DNA of 64,000 bases, from positions 41,044,001-41,108,000 of the forward strand of contig NC_043004.1 of NCBI RefSeq assembly GCF_006345805.1, in the 5' to 3' direction. The stretch comes from Octopus sinensis (lineage: Eukaryota). The notes under the pieces are model-generated. The model was given only the letters and a program-made list of their open reading frames with translations, did not search any database and was not told the origin of the DNA. The translations under genes were made by a program, and so were the position numbers. This document shows, one piece after another, positions 36,224-47,645 of the stretch; the stretch's first letter is position 1, and each line of letters opens with the position of its first letter.

Positions 36224-36431
36224 CGCAAATACTGCAGTTGACGCCACCTTCGTAGTCATCGTATTGTTTGAGAAGATCAATAACACCCTGTAATTCTAAG
36301 GTTTTACAACCAGATCCGCTAACATCGTTATGTCGATGATTGTAGGTACTGCCATCACCACAAATTCTAAGACGCTTTGGTCGAGTGGTGAAACTCAAAT
36401 GTCCGACAGTCTCCACAGGGTCAGCTAACAT
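36224..36431 (-). CDS. Single-C2H2 zinc-finger protein, coding exon 1
   Basis: ATG in acaaccATG context; 69 codons plus 1 nt ending ...VNCSIC-G, followed by a gtaagt donor. The phase matches exon 24810. Confidence 0.85.
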
Positions 36432-37356
36432 GGTTGTCGGTGGTAACTATATCACAAAATGTACAGCGAAACAAAATGTAGAGGTTTTTTTTTTCTGATG
36501 TATTCACCAAATCAACAATCGAAAAAATTTCAAATAAATAACTTGCAATAAAATCTATATAATGTAGCAACTGTTCTTTATATCTAAGCAAGTGTGTTTA
36601 AGTTTTTTCATTTCCTCGACTGCTTTGTATGGGTTTCATATGCGCACCAACCGTTTCGCTATTTCACGGAAATAACTTTGCCCATGCAACCTACTCAGTA
36701 ATTTTTTTTTTTTGTTACTACTTGAATATGGCAGGTAAACAAACTCCAGCAAGGGCAATCAGTGGTGAATTCGTAAATATATTTATGAACATAAACAGCT
36801 TATGTTGTCCAGATAGTTTTCTTTGCAGTAAATATAGCAGACAAAAACAATCAAGAGTATGGTATAAAAAGTGTCCGTGCGTGAATTAATGCATGTCCAT
36901 TGAATTGGCCTCGTTATTATTTCAAATGTATAGAAATGTTCACAGTGAAATTAATACTTTTAAAGCGATATTCCTTTTAGTATCATGTTTTCGTTTCAAA
37001 TCAACAGTGTTACTAAAAACAAAAAAAAAAAAATGTTAATAGAAACGAATAGGAAGTGGTTGGTAAGGGTGGACGGTTCCTGTAGAATAAGTAAAATATT
37101 GGCGATGTTACGGTCCGTAAGATTGCCAAATAATTTATCTTCGTTTTATATTATTGAGCAGTGCGAATTGTCCGTACAAAGATTATTTAAACTGAATAAG
37201 AAAAAATCCCGAATCTTCATTGTGCAATTCATGTATAAGCGGAGCAGCATGTTGAATGTCGAAAGGTAACCATGCTGTCAATGACAGGGAAAACGAATAC
37301 AACATCCCCTCCCCCCGCCTAATACACGTGAACAAAATAGTTGTAGAAACTTAAAC

Positions 37357-37394
37357 CCCGCGAAAAAGATATCACGTGATATCTTTTTCGCGGG
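37357..37394. promoter_or_regulatory. Perfect 38-bp palindrome centred on a CACGTG E-box
   Basis: cccgcgaaaaagatatcac|gtgatatctttttcgcggg, ~930 bp upstream of the zinc-finger ATG. The palindrome is certain; the regulatory role is inferred. Confidence 0.55.
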
Positions 37395-37794
37395 AGAATA
37401 TGAACTTTTTCACTGACTCCATCAGGTCGATAGCTAAAATTACGCGCCAAAATTCTTTTTAGCTGTTCGTAAGTTAAGTCTTCTGTGCGTTGGACGTGTT
37501 GCGTCAGTATTTCACTGAATGTTTTGTACGAAGCAAAAGCTGAAATATGAAAAGTAAAATATCTTCACTCTGCTCTTCCTTCTTTTTGTAAACTTTGTAA
37601 TTGGCTGAAATTTAGAAATATTGTAAACATGTTTAAATAGGACAATAGAAGAAAGTACGGTGAAGGCAAAGCGTGTACACACCACCCATTTCAACATTTT
37701 ATTATTATTTTTTTTCAAAAATCTCTTAGGATTTCTGTTTTCGATATAGAATACGATTTTGCCCAAAATTCACATTTTCGAAATTTTAAATTCC

Positions 37795-38056
37795 GGTACT
37801 ATTTAAGAAGAGTGGTCCCAGTGCGCGCACTTGCGTGGTCGCGCATCCGCGCTAGCTAGTCGTGACTAGTCGATCCTAAAATGACTACCTAGCAAAGTAA
37901 ATAAAACACAAAATAAATATTTTTTTACACAAAGTAAATATTTTTTTGGCAATCAATAATTTTTTTTAAAACAAAGTAAATAAAACATAAAAAACAAAGG
38001 ATCGACTAGTCACGACTAGCTAGCGCGAGTGACCACCACCCTTCTTAAATAGTACC
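37795..38056. mobile_element. GGTAC-terminated MITE nested within a larger imperfect inverted repeat (~37700-38250)
   Basis: ggtactatttaagaag...gctagctagtcgtgactagtcgatcc is inverted at 37999-38056. No TSD is found. Confidence 0.65.
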
Positions 38057-38748
38057 GAGGAAGTGGAGGTTGGGGGATGGGATTTAAGTGTTTCTTAAAA
38101 TTTTTTTTTTTTTTTTCGAAAGTAGTTAAAAACTTTAAAATTGGGGTGAGGAGGGGGAAATTAAAATTTTGAAAAATGAGTTTCTACTGCAAAATCCTAA
38201 TCTTCTATATCGAAAACAGAGGAATCCGAAGAAATTCTGAAAAAAAAGTAAGGGTGAGGACGCAAATGTTGCCCCCGACATGCTAGAAACAACAGCTAAA
38301 CGACCATTTCTGAAAAAAACTTCCTTTTAACTCTATATTGAAGATCAGGTTTACGCTCACAGCAAACACGAATTACAATATAAAAAACAGGTCGGCAGAG
38401 TTCTGATCGAAGCACTTAACTAAAACTCCTCATAACATTTTTATTCTTGAGAATTTTCATTATTTCTTAGATTCTGTCTCCTGCATAATGGAATTAATAC
38501 GATTGTCCAACACATTTTTTTTTTTTCAATATTATCCCACCTAATTCCCAAATTTTTCATTATTGTTCGATTTTTAAAAAGTATTTGGTTTTAAAATATG
38601 GACAGTCCGATTCTGCCATTTGTTTCTCTTTATAATTTCCAATTTTTTTAAATATTTCGAAATCAAAAATCGATGCGTGTTTGTGTAAGAGAAAATCATA
38701 TATTAACAGAAAATTATGTTATTAAAATAAAGGGAAACTTTCCAAAAA

Positions 38749-39065
38749 GGAGTGGCTGTGTGGTAAGTAGCTTGCTTACCAACCACATGGAGCCGGGTTC
38801 AGTCCCATTGCGTAGCACCTTGGGCAAGTGTCTTCTACTATAGCCTCGGGCTGACCAAGGCCTTGTAAGTGGATTTGGTGGACGGAAACTGGAAGAAGCC
38901 CGTCGTATATGTGTGTCTGTGTTTGTCCCCACATGTGTGTCTGTGTTTGACAACCGATGCTGGTGTGTTTACGTCCCCGCATCTTAGCGGTTCGGATAAA
39001 GAGACCGATAGAATAAGTACTTGGTTTACAAAAAGTAAGTTCTGGGGTCGATTTGCTCGACTAAA
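38749..39065 (+). mobile_element. tRNA-head SINE (family B)
   Basis: ggagtggctgtgtggtaagtagcttgc...ggttcagtccca...ttgggcaagtgtcttctactatagcc. Minus-strand copies are at 47001-47440, 52405-52806 and 61194-61543. Confidence 0.85.
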
Positions 39066-40429
39066 CTGTTTTCAATTTTTTTTTTAATCCACGTAGAATT
39101 TCTATGTGGATTTTAAAAAATTTGAAGAAAAGGTAAAAATGAAGAAATTGGAGTGGCGAGGGGAGAAATTAAAATTTTCTTCATATATGCTTCAGGTAGT
39201 GTAGTTTTTCATCATGTAGGAATTTGTTGGGTGAAAATAAAAAACCAAAAAAAAACTGCGACAAAATAATGAAAGAAATATGTAATCAATTTACTATCTA
39301 TACATACACGCATGCTTATAATTATGTTCATTATTACCTTGATTGTCGTGTTGTTATATTCGGGAACATTTTCACAAAAAATATATAAATCATCACCATC
39401 AAACATCCATGTTCCTTGCTGGCCTGGGCTGGACTGTTTGACAGGATCCGATGTGTCCAAGAACTGCACTGTGCTCCAATGTCTGTGTTTTGTCTCCTAT
39501 TTATGGCTAGATGCCCTTCCTAATATGAACCACTTTACAACATGGACTGGGTGCTTTTTTTTTCATACCACCTGTCTATTGAGGTTGCCATGTACATCGC
39601 AGAACTACAAGTCCTGTGGGGGTGGGGTCAGCTTCATGCCAGCGGACAAGAGAATGATCTATGAGAAGGAGGTGCGGTAGTGCAGGTTTTTGTAGAGGAC
39701 CTGTGTGGTTACTAATATTTTGTAGGGGAAAAGGGTAAAGATCCCCTTCGGTCATGAATGACCATGAGATTGCACCTAGTAAGTTCCCCTCCAAGACACA
39801 AGTCTGGGCAAATTTGTTTATGGAAGACCAGCAGTCACCTGTGCATACCAGCGTACCCTCTCCATGCCACCAATGTTGTCCAAGGGAAAGGCAAAGACTT
39901 ATACAGCAAGGCATTCGATGCAGAGTATATATGTATGTGTCAAAAAGAGTTTGTGTGAGATTTGGCTGTTATTTCTAGCATGTGGATAGCTTGCTTGAAA
40001 GCCGTAGAATCGAGAGGTGGGGGTTGGTTTTTTTCCTTCTTTTCTTTTTTGAAAAATTGAAATTTTGTAGATGGGAATTTAGCCATTTTTTTTCAGAATT
40101 GGAACCTCCACAACCGAAAACGCAAGTTTCCGTAAAAAAAATGTGGGAAGTGGGGTTACGTCTCCGTCATGCTAGTAAGGAAGCATAGTAGATACTAATC
40201 TAATTTGAATATACACGAAAGTGGACAGTTGGGACCTGAACACAGACGAAAAAGAAAAAAACAAACAGACGATTAAATATTAATTTGCTATATTATGATC
40301 GATATGCTTACTGTCTCTCCAGTGATGAACCCGCCACTTTGATTGCTCGACCTGCTAGAAATAACAGCGAAGTTTTTCTCAAATCCCACCCTAAGATAGT
40401 TTTAGATATTTTTGGATTATGTATTCTTT

Positions 40430-40715
40430 TTATTATTAGAGTAATCCCAAAAGGGATGAAAGGCGGAATTTGACCTCCGAACGTAAGGATGGACGAAATA
40501 CCTATTTCTTTACTACCCACAAGGGGCTACACACAGAGGGGGCAAACAAGGAGAGAGAAACGGATTAAGTCGATTACTTCGTCTCCAATGCGTAACTGGT
40601 ACTTAATTTATCGACCCCGAAAGGATGAAAGACAAAGTCGACCTCGGCGGAATTTGAACTCAGAACGTAACGGCGGACGAAACACCGCTAAGCTAACGTT
40701 TCTGCCAGCTCGCCG
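40430..40715 (-). mobile_element. SINE (family C)
   Basis: Reverse complement of gagctggcagaaacgttagc...gttctgagttcaaattccgccgaggtcgactttg...aagtaccagttacgca. Other copies are at 27945-28078, 54997-55400, 56750-56968 and 62018-62248. Confidence 0.8.
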
Positions 40716-40842
40716 CCTTAAGCAGTATGAAATATTTCTTTCTTTTCTATAATGCGTTTTATTTACTCGTCACAAAAGTTCAAACGGTGGATATTAATTT
40801 ATAAAAGTATTTTAGCGATCCTTCGGTATAAGTACACACGTG

Positions 40843-41245
40843 GGCATAGTTTCGGTTGTAGTAGCACAGATTTCCGTCGATTTCCGTAAAAAACTTTTAT
40901 TTTTTTACATAAGTAATGAGAGCGAAAGAGACTAAGAGGAAGCGATTTTACGACGAGAAGGTTTCACTTTGAAATCGGCCTGTGTGCGTTTGATGGGGTG
41001 TGGGAGACAGACAGTATGTTGTGTAAGTGAAGTGCTTCTGTTAGTGTGTGTGAAGAGACAGAGAGAGTAATGTGTGAAAGAGAGAGATAACTGATTTTTT
41101 TACTCGGTGTATGTGTATATGTATGTATGCATGTATGTGTGTGTGTTTATGTATGTATGTATGTATGTATGGCCGATTCATCGTAATTTTTTACTCGGTG
41201 TATGTGAATATGTATGTCTGCATGTATGTGTGTGTGTGTAAGTAC

Positions 41246-41277
<32 letters not shown>

Positions 41278-42107
41278 ATGTATGGCCGATTCAGTGTTTA
41301 CATTATTTCGAATTAAAACGAAAGATTACCTTGCGGCGCCTGTTTATGTAACAGTCTGCTATGTAGAAAATAATGAGGTTGACTCAATGGAATAATGACA
41401 GTGATCGAAGATATAGACAAAATTTTTTTTATTTAATCGTTATACATGCCTTGTCGACTGCTACTGTGCAGCCTTAATGTCTCTGTTGATGTGACGATGG
41501 TGAAATGGTAAGAAAAAGATGGGAGAGTTATAAAATGAGGAGATATTCTTCTCATGAGAAAAGAGTTGCATTCAAAGGAAAAAAAAAGTAATAGTCTATA
41601 GAGGTGCACAGAAACTGGGTGCAAGCATGCATATATATGCATGTGTAAACATTGTGTTGTGCAGCAAAAGGAACGAACAGTACAAAATGTGTAAGGAAAA
41701 GTGACAAAATCCGATTGGTAATGTTCTGTGTGAAAAGTCTATGCCGGCCATACATACATACATACATACATAAACACACACACATACATAGATACATACA
41801 CACACACACACACATACATGCATACATACATATACACATACACCGAGTAAAAAAATCAGTTATCTCTCTCTTTCACACATTACTCTCTCTGTCTCTTCGC
41901 ACACACTAACAGAAGCACTTCACTTACACAACATACTGTCTGTCTCCCACACCCCATCAAACGCACACAGGCCGACTTCAAAGTGAAACCTTCTCGTCGT
42001 AAAATCGCTTCCTCTTAGTCTCTTTCGCTCTCATTACTTATGTAAAAAAATAAAAGTTTTTTACGGAAATCGACGGAAATCTGATCTACGACATACGAAA
42101 CTTCGCC
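40843..42107. mobile_element. Non-autonomous Merlin-type element with ~330-bp inverted arms and 8-bp TSD
   Basis: GG...CC termini; TSD CACACGTG at 40835-40842 and 42108-42115. Arms 40867-41175 and 41745-42083 are near-identical inverted copies. Confidence 0.85.
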
Positions 42108-42186
42108 CACACGTGACTTTGTTTACATTTCCGAAGATAACAGAAACTCTTTTCTCCCACTCTAACCCTAACACAAACCCTATCCC

Positions 42187-45036
42187 GGTACTTGTCTATT
42201 GTCGTGGTCCCGGTTTCGCACACGCGAATTCGCGCGCGCGCGCGCCAGACGTAGGTACTCGATACTCGAGATCCTACGAGGTGACTTGCACAGTGCAGAA
42301 TTCGCGCATGCGCGTTAACCCCCCCCCCTAAAAAAAAAAGGTGTTGGATTTCACTAAAAATATATATGTGTATATATAACATTTTCAATTTTACACAAAA
42401 AAATTACATAGTCGCTTTCCTCGCGGATTTACAGATAAATGAATTAATTACTATTTTACAGAATAAAATTAATGAATTAATTATATAAATTAAATAATTC
42501 TTGAAAATTAATTAATATTAATAATATTTTTTGAACAAAGTAAATAATTTATAAAACTTGGTTAATAATTTTTTTTACACAAACGCGAACGTATATAATT
42601 TGTGAAACTTTTTTTTTTTTACAGACGTATATAATTTGGTAAACTTAATGAATTAATTTCTTCTCATCATCATCATCGTTTAACGTCCGTTCTCCATGCC
42701 AGCATGGGTTGGACGGTTCGACCGGGGATCTGGGAAGCCAGAAGGCTGCACCAGACTCCAGTCTTATCTGGCAATGTTTCTACAGCTGGATGCCCTTCCT
42801 AACGCCAACCACTCCGAGAGTGTAGTGGGTGCTTTTTACATGCCACCCGCACAGGTGCCAGGCGAGGCTGGCAACGGCCACGGTCGGATTGGTGCCAGTC
42901 GAGGCGGCTCTGGCATCGGCCACGATTCAGATAGTGCTTTTTACGTACCACCAGTCCAGGTGTCCTGGCATTTGCCGGGTGTCACACTTGCCCCAACATG
43001 TTTTCGCAAGCAAAGGGGGTTGGCATGGGTGCCTGTCGTAGGATGAGGTTCGATATCAACTTCGCCTGCCTCAACAGGTCTTTGTGTATAAATGTATAAA
43101 TTTTTCGCACTAAATTCTTTCCGTAGAATTTATCAAAAAACGCGCAAAATTATTCCGTAGAATTTATCAAATTAAAAAACGCAAAATTAATATATTTTTT
43201 GAAATTGCAAATTATTTAGAATATAAAACAAATGAAGTTAAATTTTAAAAATAAATGTCATATACTTATACTCTGTAAGGTGCTGTGTTCACACTTCAAT
43301 TTACTATTTTCTAGAACTGTTGCTTTTCTAATTGAAACAATTTTTCTCAATCTCCATTTAAAAGTCCATAATGCCTCTTGAGACATATCAAAATGAACAA
43401 CTTTGAATTACGCGGCGGCGGTGGTGGTGTGAGGTTCTAATTTTTTTTTCTGATCTCTCTTTGCCCCCTCTTTATCTCAGTTCCGCTAATATTTAGAAAA
43501 ATTTTCGCGCCCAATTTTTGTTGTCGCGGGAAAAGATGAACGATTTAAAATAAATATATGTTAATTGTAGTGTGAGAAAGTATATATATTCTGATGACAA
43601 TAATATATTATCTTTCAAAAACATCCCAAATTTATAGACTATATCGTGTAGGTTAAGAAATATATATATATATATATAGATATATATAATATATATACAT
43701 ATATAGTAGAGAATGAAACATCTTTCATCTGTCTCCCCACCACACCTCCATCTAGGGGGGCAAAGAGAGATCAGAAAAAAAAATTAGAACCTCACACACC
43801 ACCACCGCCGCCGCGTAATTCAAAGTTGTTCATTTTGATATGTCTCAAGAGGCATTATGGACTTTTAAATGGAGATTGAGAAAAATTGTTTCAATTAGAA
43901 AAGCAACATTTCTAGAAAATAGTAAATTGAAGTGTGAACACAGCACCTTACAGAGTATAAGTATATGACATTTATTTTTAAAATTTAACTTCATTTGTTT
44001 TATATTCTAAATAATTTGCAATTTCAAAAAATATATTAATTTTGCGTTTTTTAATTTGATAAATTCTACGGAATAATTTTGCGCGTTTTTTGATAAATTC
44101 TACGGAAAGAATTTAGTGCGAAAAATTTATACATTTATACACAAAGACCTGTTGAGGCAAGCGAAGTTGATATCGAACCTCATCCTACGACAGGCACCCA
44201 TGCCAACCCCCTTTGCTTGCGAAGACATGTTGGGGCAAGTGTGGCACCCGGCAAATGCCAGGACCCCTGGACTGGTGGTACGTAAAAAGCACTATCCGAA
44301 TCGTGGCCGATGCCAGAGCCGCCTCGACTGGCACCAATCCGACCGTGGCCGTTGCCAGCCTCGCCTGGCACCTGTGCGGGTGGCATGTAAAAAGCACCCA
44401 CTACACTCTCGGAGTGGTTGGCGTTAGGAAGGGCATCCAGCTGTAGAAACATTGCCAGATAAGACTGGAGTCTGGTGCAGCCTTCTGGCTTCCCAGATCC
44501 CCGGTCGAACCGTCCAACCCATGCTGGCATGGAGAACGGACGTTAAACGATGATGATGATGAGAAGAAATTAATTCATTAAGTTTACCAAATTATATACG
44601 TCTGTAAAAAAAAAAAAGTTTCACAAATTATATACGTTCGCGTTTGTGAAAAAAATTATTAACCAAGTTTTATAAATTATTTACTTTGTTCAAAAAAAAT
44701 ATTATAATATTAATTAATTTTCAAGAATTATTTAATTTATATAATTAATTCATTAATTTTATTCTGTAAAATAGTAATTAATTCATTTATCTGTAAATCC
44801 GCGAGGAAAGCGACTATGTAATTTTTTTGTGTAAAATTGAAAATGTTATATATACACATATATATTTTTAGTGAAATCCAACACCTTTTTTTTAGGGGGG
44901 GGGGTTAACGCGCATGCGCGAATTCTGCACTGTGCAAGTCACCTCGTAGGATCTCGAGTATCGAGTACCTACGTCTGGCGCGCGCGCGCGCGAATTCGCG
45001 TGTGCGAAACCGGGACCACGACAATAGACAAGTGCC
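42187..45036. mobile_element. Foldback-like Merlin-type element, ~1.28-kb inverted arms, 9-bp TSD
   Basis: GGTACTTGTCTATTGTCGTGGTCCCGG...GACAAGTGCC; TSD CCCTATCCC at 42178-42186 and 45037-45045. Arms are 42187-43468 and 43756-45036, around a ~290-bp (TA)n-containing spacer. Confidence 0.9.
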
Positions 45037-45183
45037 CCCTATCCCTAACCCTAACCCCAATATAATAAAAAAAAAACAACACTTTCTTGAAATGTATCCG
45101 GCACTTATACCGAAGTTACGCCTATTTTTTTTATATCTTACAGGTTTACATCATCTAATGCGTCCGTTTTTAATACAATACAG

Positions 45184-45372
45184 CAGTGCTTTTCAAACTT
45201 TTTGCTGGAGCGAAACCCCAAGGAAACATTCCACTGGCTCGAGGAACCCCTGTGCAATAATTTAATAGTCTTCTGCACAGGAGACTTAAAAATTACTGCC
45301 AATTTTAGCAGTTTTGTAACTTCTTGCGGAACACCTGAACTGTACTGGCGGAACCCTGGTTGAAAACCACTG
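45184..45372. mobile_element. hAT-type MITE (189 bp) with 8-bp TSD
   Basis: TIRs cagtgcttttcaa / ttgaaaaccactg; TSD CAATACAG at 45176-45183 and 45373-45380. Confidence 0.85.
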
Positions 45373-45585
45373 CAATACAGTATAATTTGAGAAAGATTTG
45401 GGTGCTTTTGCTATTTCGTGCCGAGAGGGCAGCCAGTCAGTGTTCTGATAAATAAGAGACGGAAAGTACTGTAACACCGGTTCAACGCATGCGTTATAGT
45501 CACAGTACAAAAGGCGAACAACTTGAAATTCAGACACAAATGCGTCGTTTTGGGTTGTAAATAAATTTTCCATCCAAAGTTGACG

Positions 45586-45612
45586 ATGTTTGGAGTTAAA
45601 CGAGATATCAAG
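45586..45612 (+). CDS. NUP214: Nucleoporin Nup214, coding exon 1 (MFGVKRDIK)
   Basis: First ATG after an in-frame stop, followed by a gtaagt donor. Phase 0 joins to DFEF..., paralleling human ...EREMK|DFQF. Short, so less certain. Confidence 0.65.
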
Positions 45613-47599
45613 GTAAGTCAGTGCATACACGTATAATTACTGCTTCTAGCTAAATGAAAGTAATATATGCCAGACAGTGATAGAACTGGAATTTGCAAGG
45701 AATAACGAGGACTGACCCCTAATTCCACGAAATGATGCAAGTCTTGTTTATCTTAAAACGTTTGACGAGTATTTTAATGTTCTAAACAAATAAAAGAAGA
45801 AGAAAATAAAACCGTTTTATGTTTGGAAAATATGAAACAATAATTGGTTCTATTTAATAGGAATACGTGGTTGAGAAAAGCGTGCTTTCATTTCGTGTGA
45901 GATTCAAATTTGAATATTTTCGTTTTTATCCGAGAGGAAACCTTTACACATGCTCTTCGCTCGACTTGCTAGAAATATCAACTAAGTTTCTTCACTTCTT
46001 CCCTTATCACACTAAAAACCAAGGACACGTTAGAAAAATATGGTCCTAGATATGCAAAAGGACCGGATGGCCAATGTTAAAACTAGTTTCCTTACAAGTG
46101 TACTGAAGCAGGGCTAAACAACCCTTGTTTTACCGTTTATTTAGTTTGTTCTTACTCTTTCTCTACACTTAATTAAACCCCCTGTTTGTCCGATCGTACT
46201 CCCTTATATTTTATTTAAGCTCAATGTAACTGTTCCTATGCGTTCAACCTGGTGATTGGAGCCCCCACCTTTGCAAAAATATCTTTTCGTGAGTTGATGT
46301 TATGCGACCATGCAGCTTGCTAAAAATAGTGACTAAATCTTAAAATTATATACTGCCGTTTTAAAAACTTACGTAGAGTTGGATATATTCGTTTATATTG
46401 GTCGGCCCAGGGTTGTCATAGAAGACACTTGTCCTGAGCGCCATATAATTGGGACACAATAAAGCAACAGTGAGGTTCAGATAAGTAGAATATCACCATC
46501 ATCATTTAAGGTCCGTTTTCCGTGCTGGCATCGGTTGGGCTATTTGACCAGAGTTGATGAAGCCGGGGACTACATCAGGCTCCATTATCTGTTCCGGCAT
46601 AGTTTCTACAGCTGGGTGCCTTTCCTGATGCCACCCACTTTCCTAAGTGTACTGAATGCTTTTTATGTGGGACCAAGCACCAGTGCTTTTAACGCGACAC
46701 GAGCACCAGTAGATTTTTTTTCGTTTTTTTTTTTTTTTTTTTTGCACCAGTATCAAATTCTGCTGTGGTGGACGGGTATAATAACAGGCGCAAAATTGTC
46801 GAAGTTAATTGTTTTAACAATTCCCATTACAACAGGTGTCAAACTTTAGCCATCTTAGTGCATTTTTTAAATTGTTGATTATTGCTGTTATCAAAGATTT
46901 TGTTTCATATATATCTTACACAGTTGGTAAAAAAAAAAGTGAGAGCAAGGTTTGCTGCACGAAGGTGATCATAACTATTTTGTATTTGTAAACGTTTCAT
47001 ACTCTTTTACTCTTTTCAGCCATTTGACTGCGGCCATGCTGGAGCACCGCCTTTAATCGCGCAACTCAACCCCGGGACTTATTCTTTTGTAAGCCCAGTA
47101 CTTATTCTATCGGCCTCTTTTGCCGAACCGCTAAGTAACGGGGACATAAACACACCAGCATTGGTTGTCAAGCAATGCTAGGGGGACAAACACAGACACA
47201 GAAACACACACACGCATATATATATATATACATATATACGACGGGCTTCTTTCAGTTTCCGTCTACCAAATCCACTCACAGGCTTTGGTCGGCTCAAGGC
47301 TATAGTAGAAGACACTTGCCCAAGGTGCCACGCAGTGGGACTGAACCCGGAACCATGTGGCTGGTAAACAAGCTACTTACCACACAGCCACTCCTGCGCC
47401 ATACGTGCATGTTACTTGAGAAAAGGATCGTAAACAGTAAAAGAAAGTTAATTTTGTGTAATATTTTGTGCATGGCTGCTTAGTCATTTATCATGTGCTA
47501 AGTTTCCAACATGTGCGAGTTAAGTTTTTCTGTGTTATGAGTTTTGAAACCAGAATCAAGTAAATATTTACAAATTAAATAATGGGGACTAGAAAACTG

Positions 47600-47645
<46 letters not shown>

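Larger units (their letters stand above)
40814..45122. mobile_element. ~180-bp host MITE expanded to 4.3 kb by two nested insertions
   Basis: Termini agcgatccttcggtataagt / acttataccgaagttacgcc. Removing both inserts and one TSD copy each yields a sequence matching 35997-36150. Confidence 0.7.

Noticed and set aside
42696-44530. Twin 116-aa ORFs (42696-43046 +, 44180-44530 -)
   Set aside because: They are translations of the family-A SINE in the two foldback arms; similar ORFs appear at every copy of this SINE.
45040-45058. Telomere-like (CCCTAA)n here and at ~42160 and ~28540
   Set aside because: Only 2-3 units inside MITEs; not a telomere or an interstitial array.
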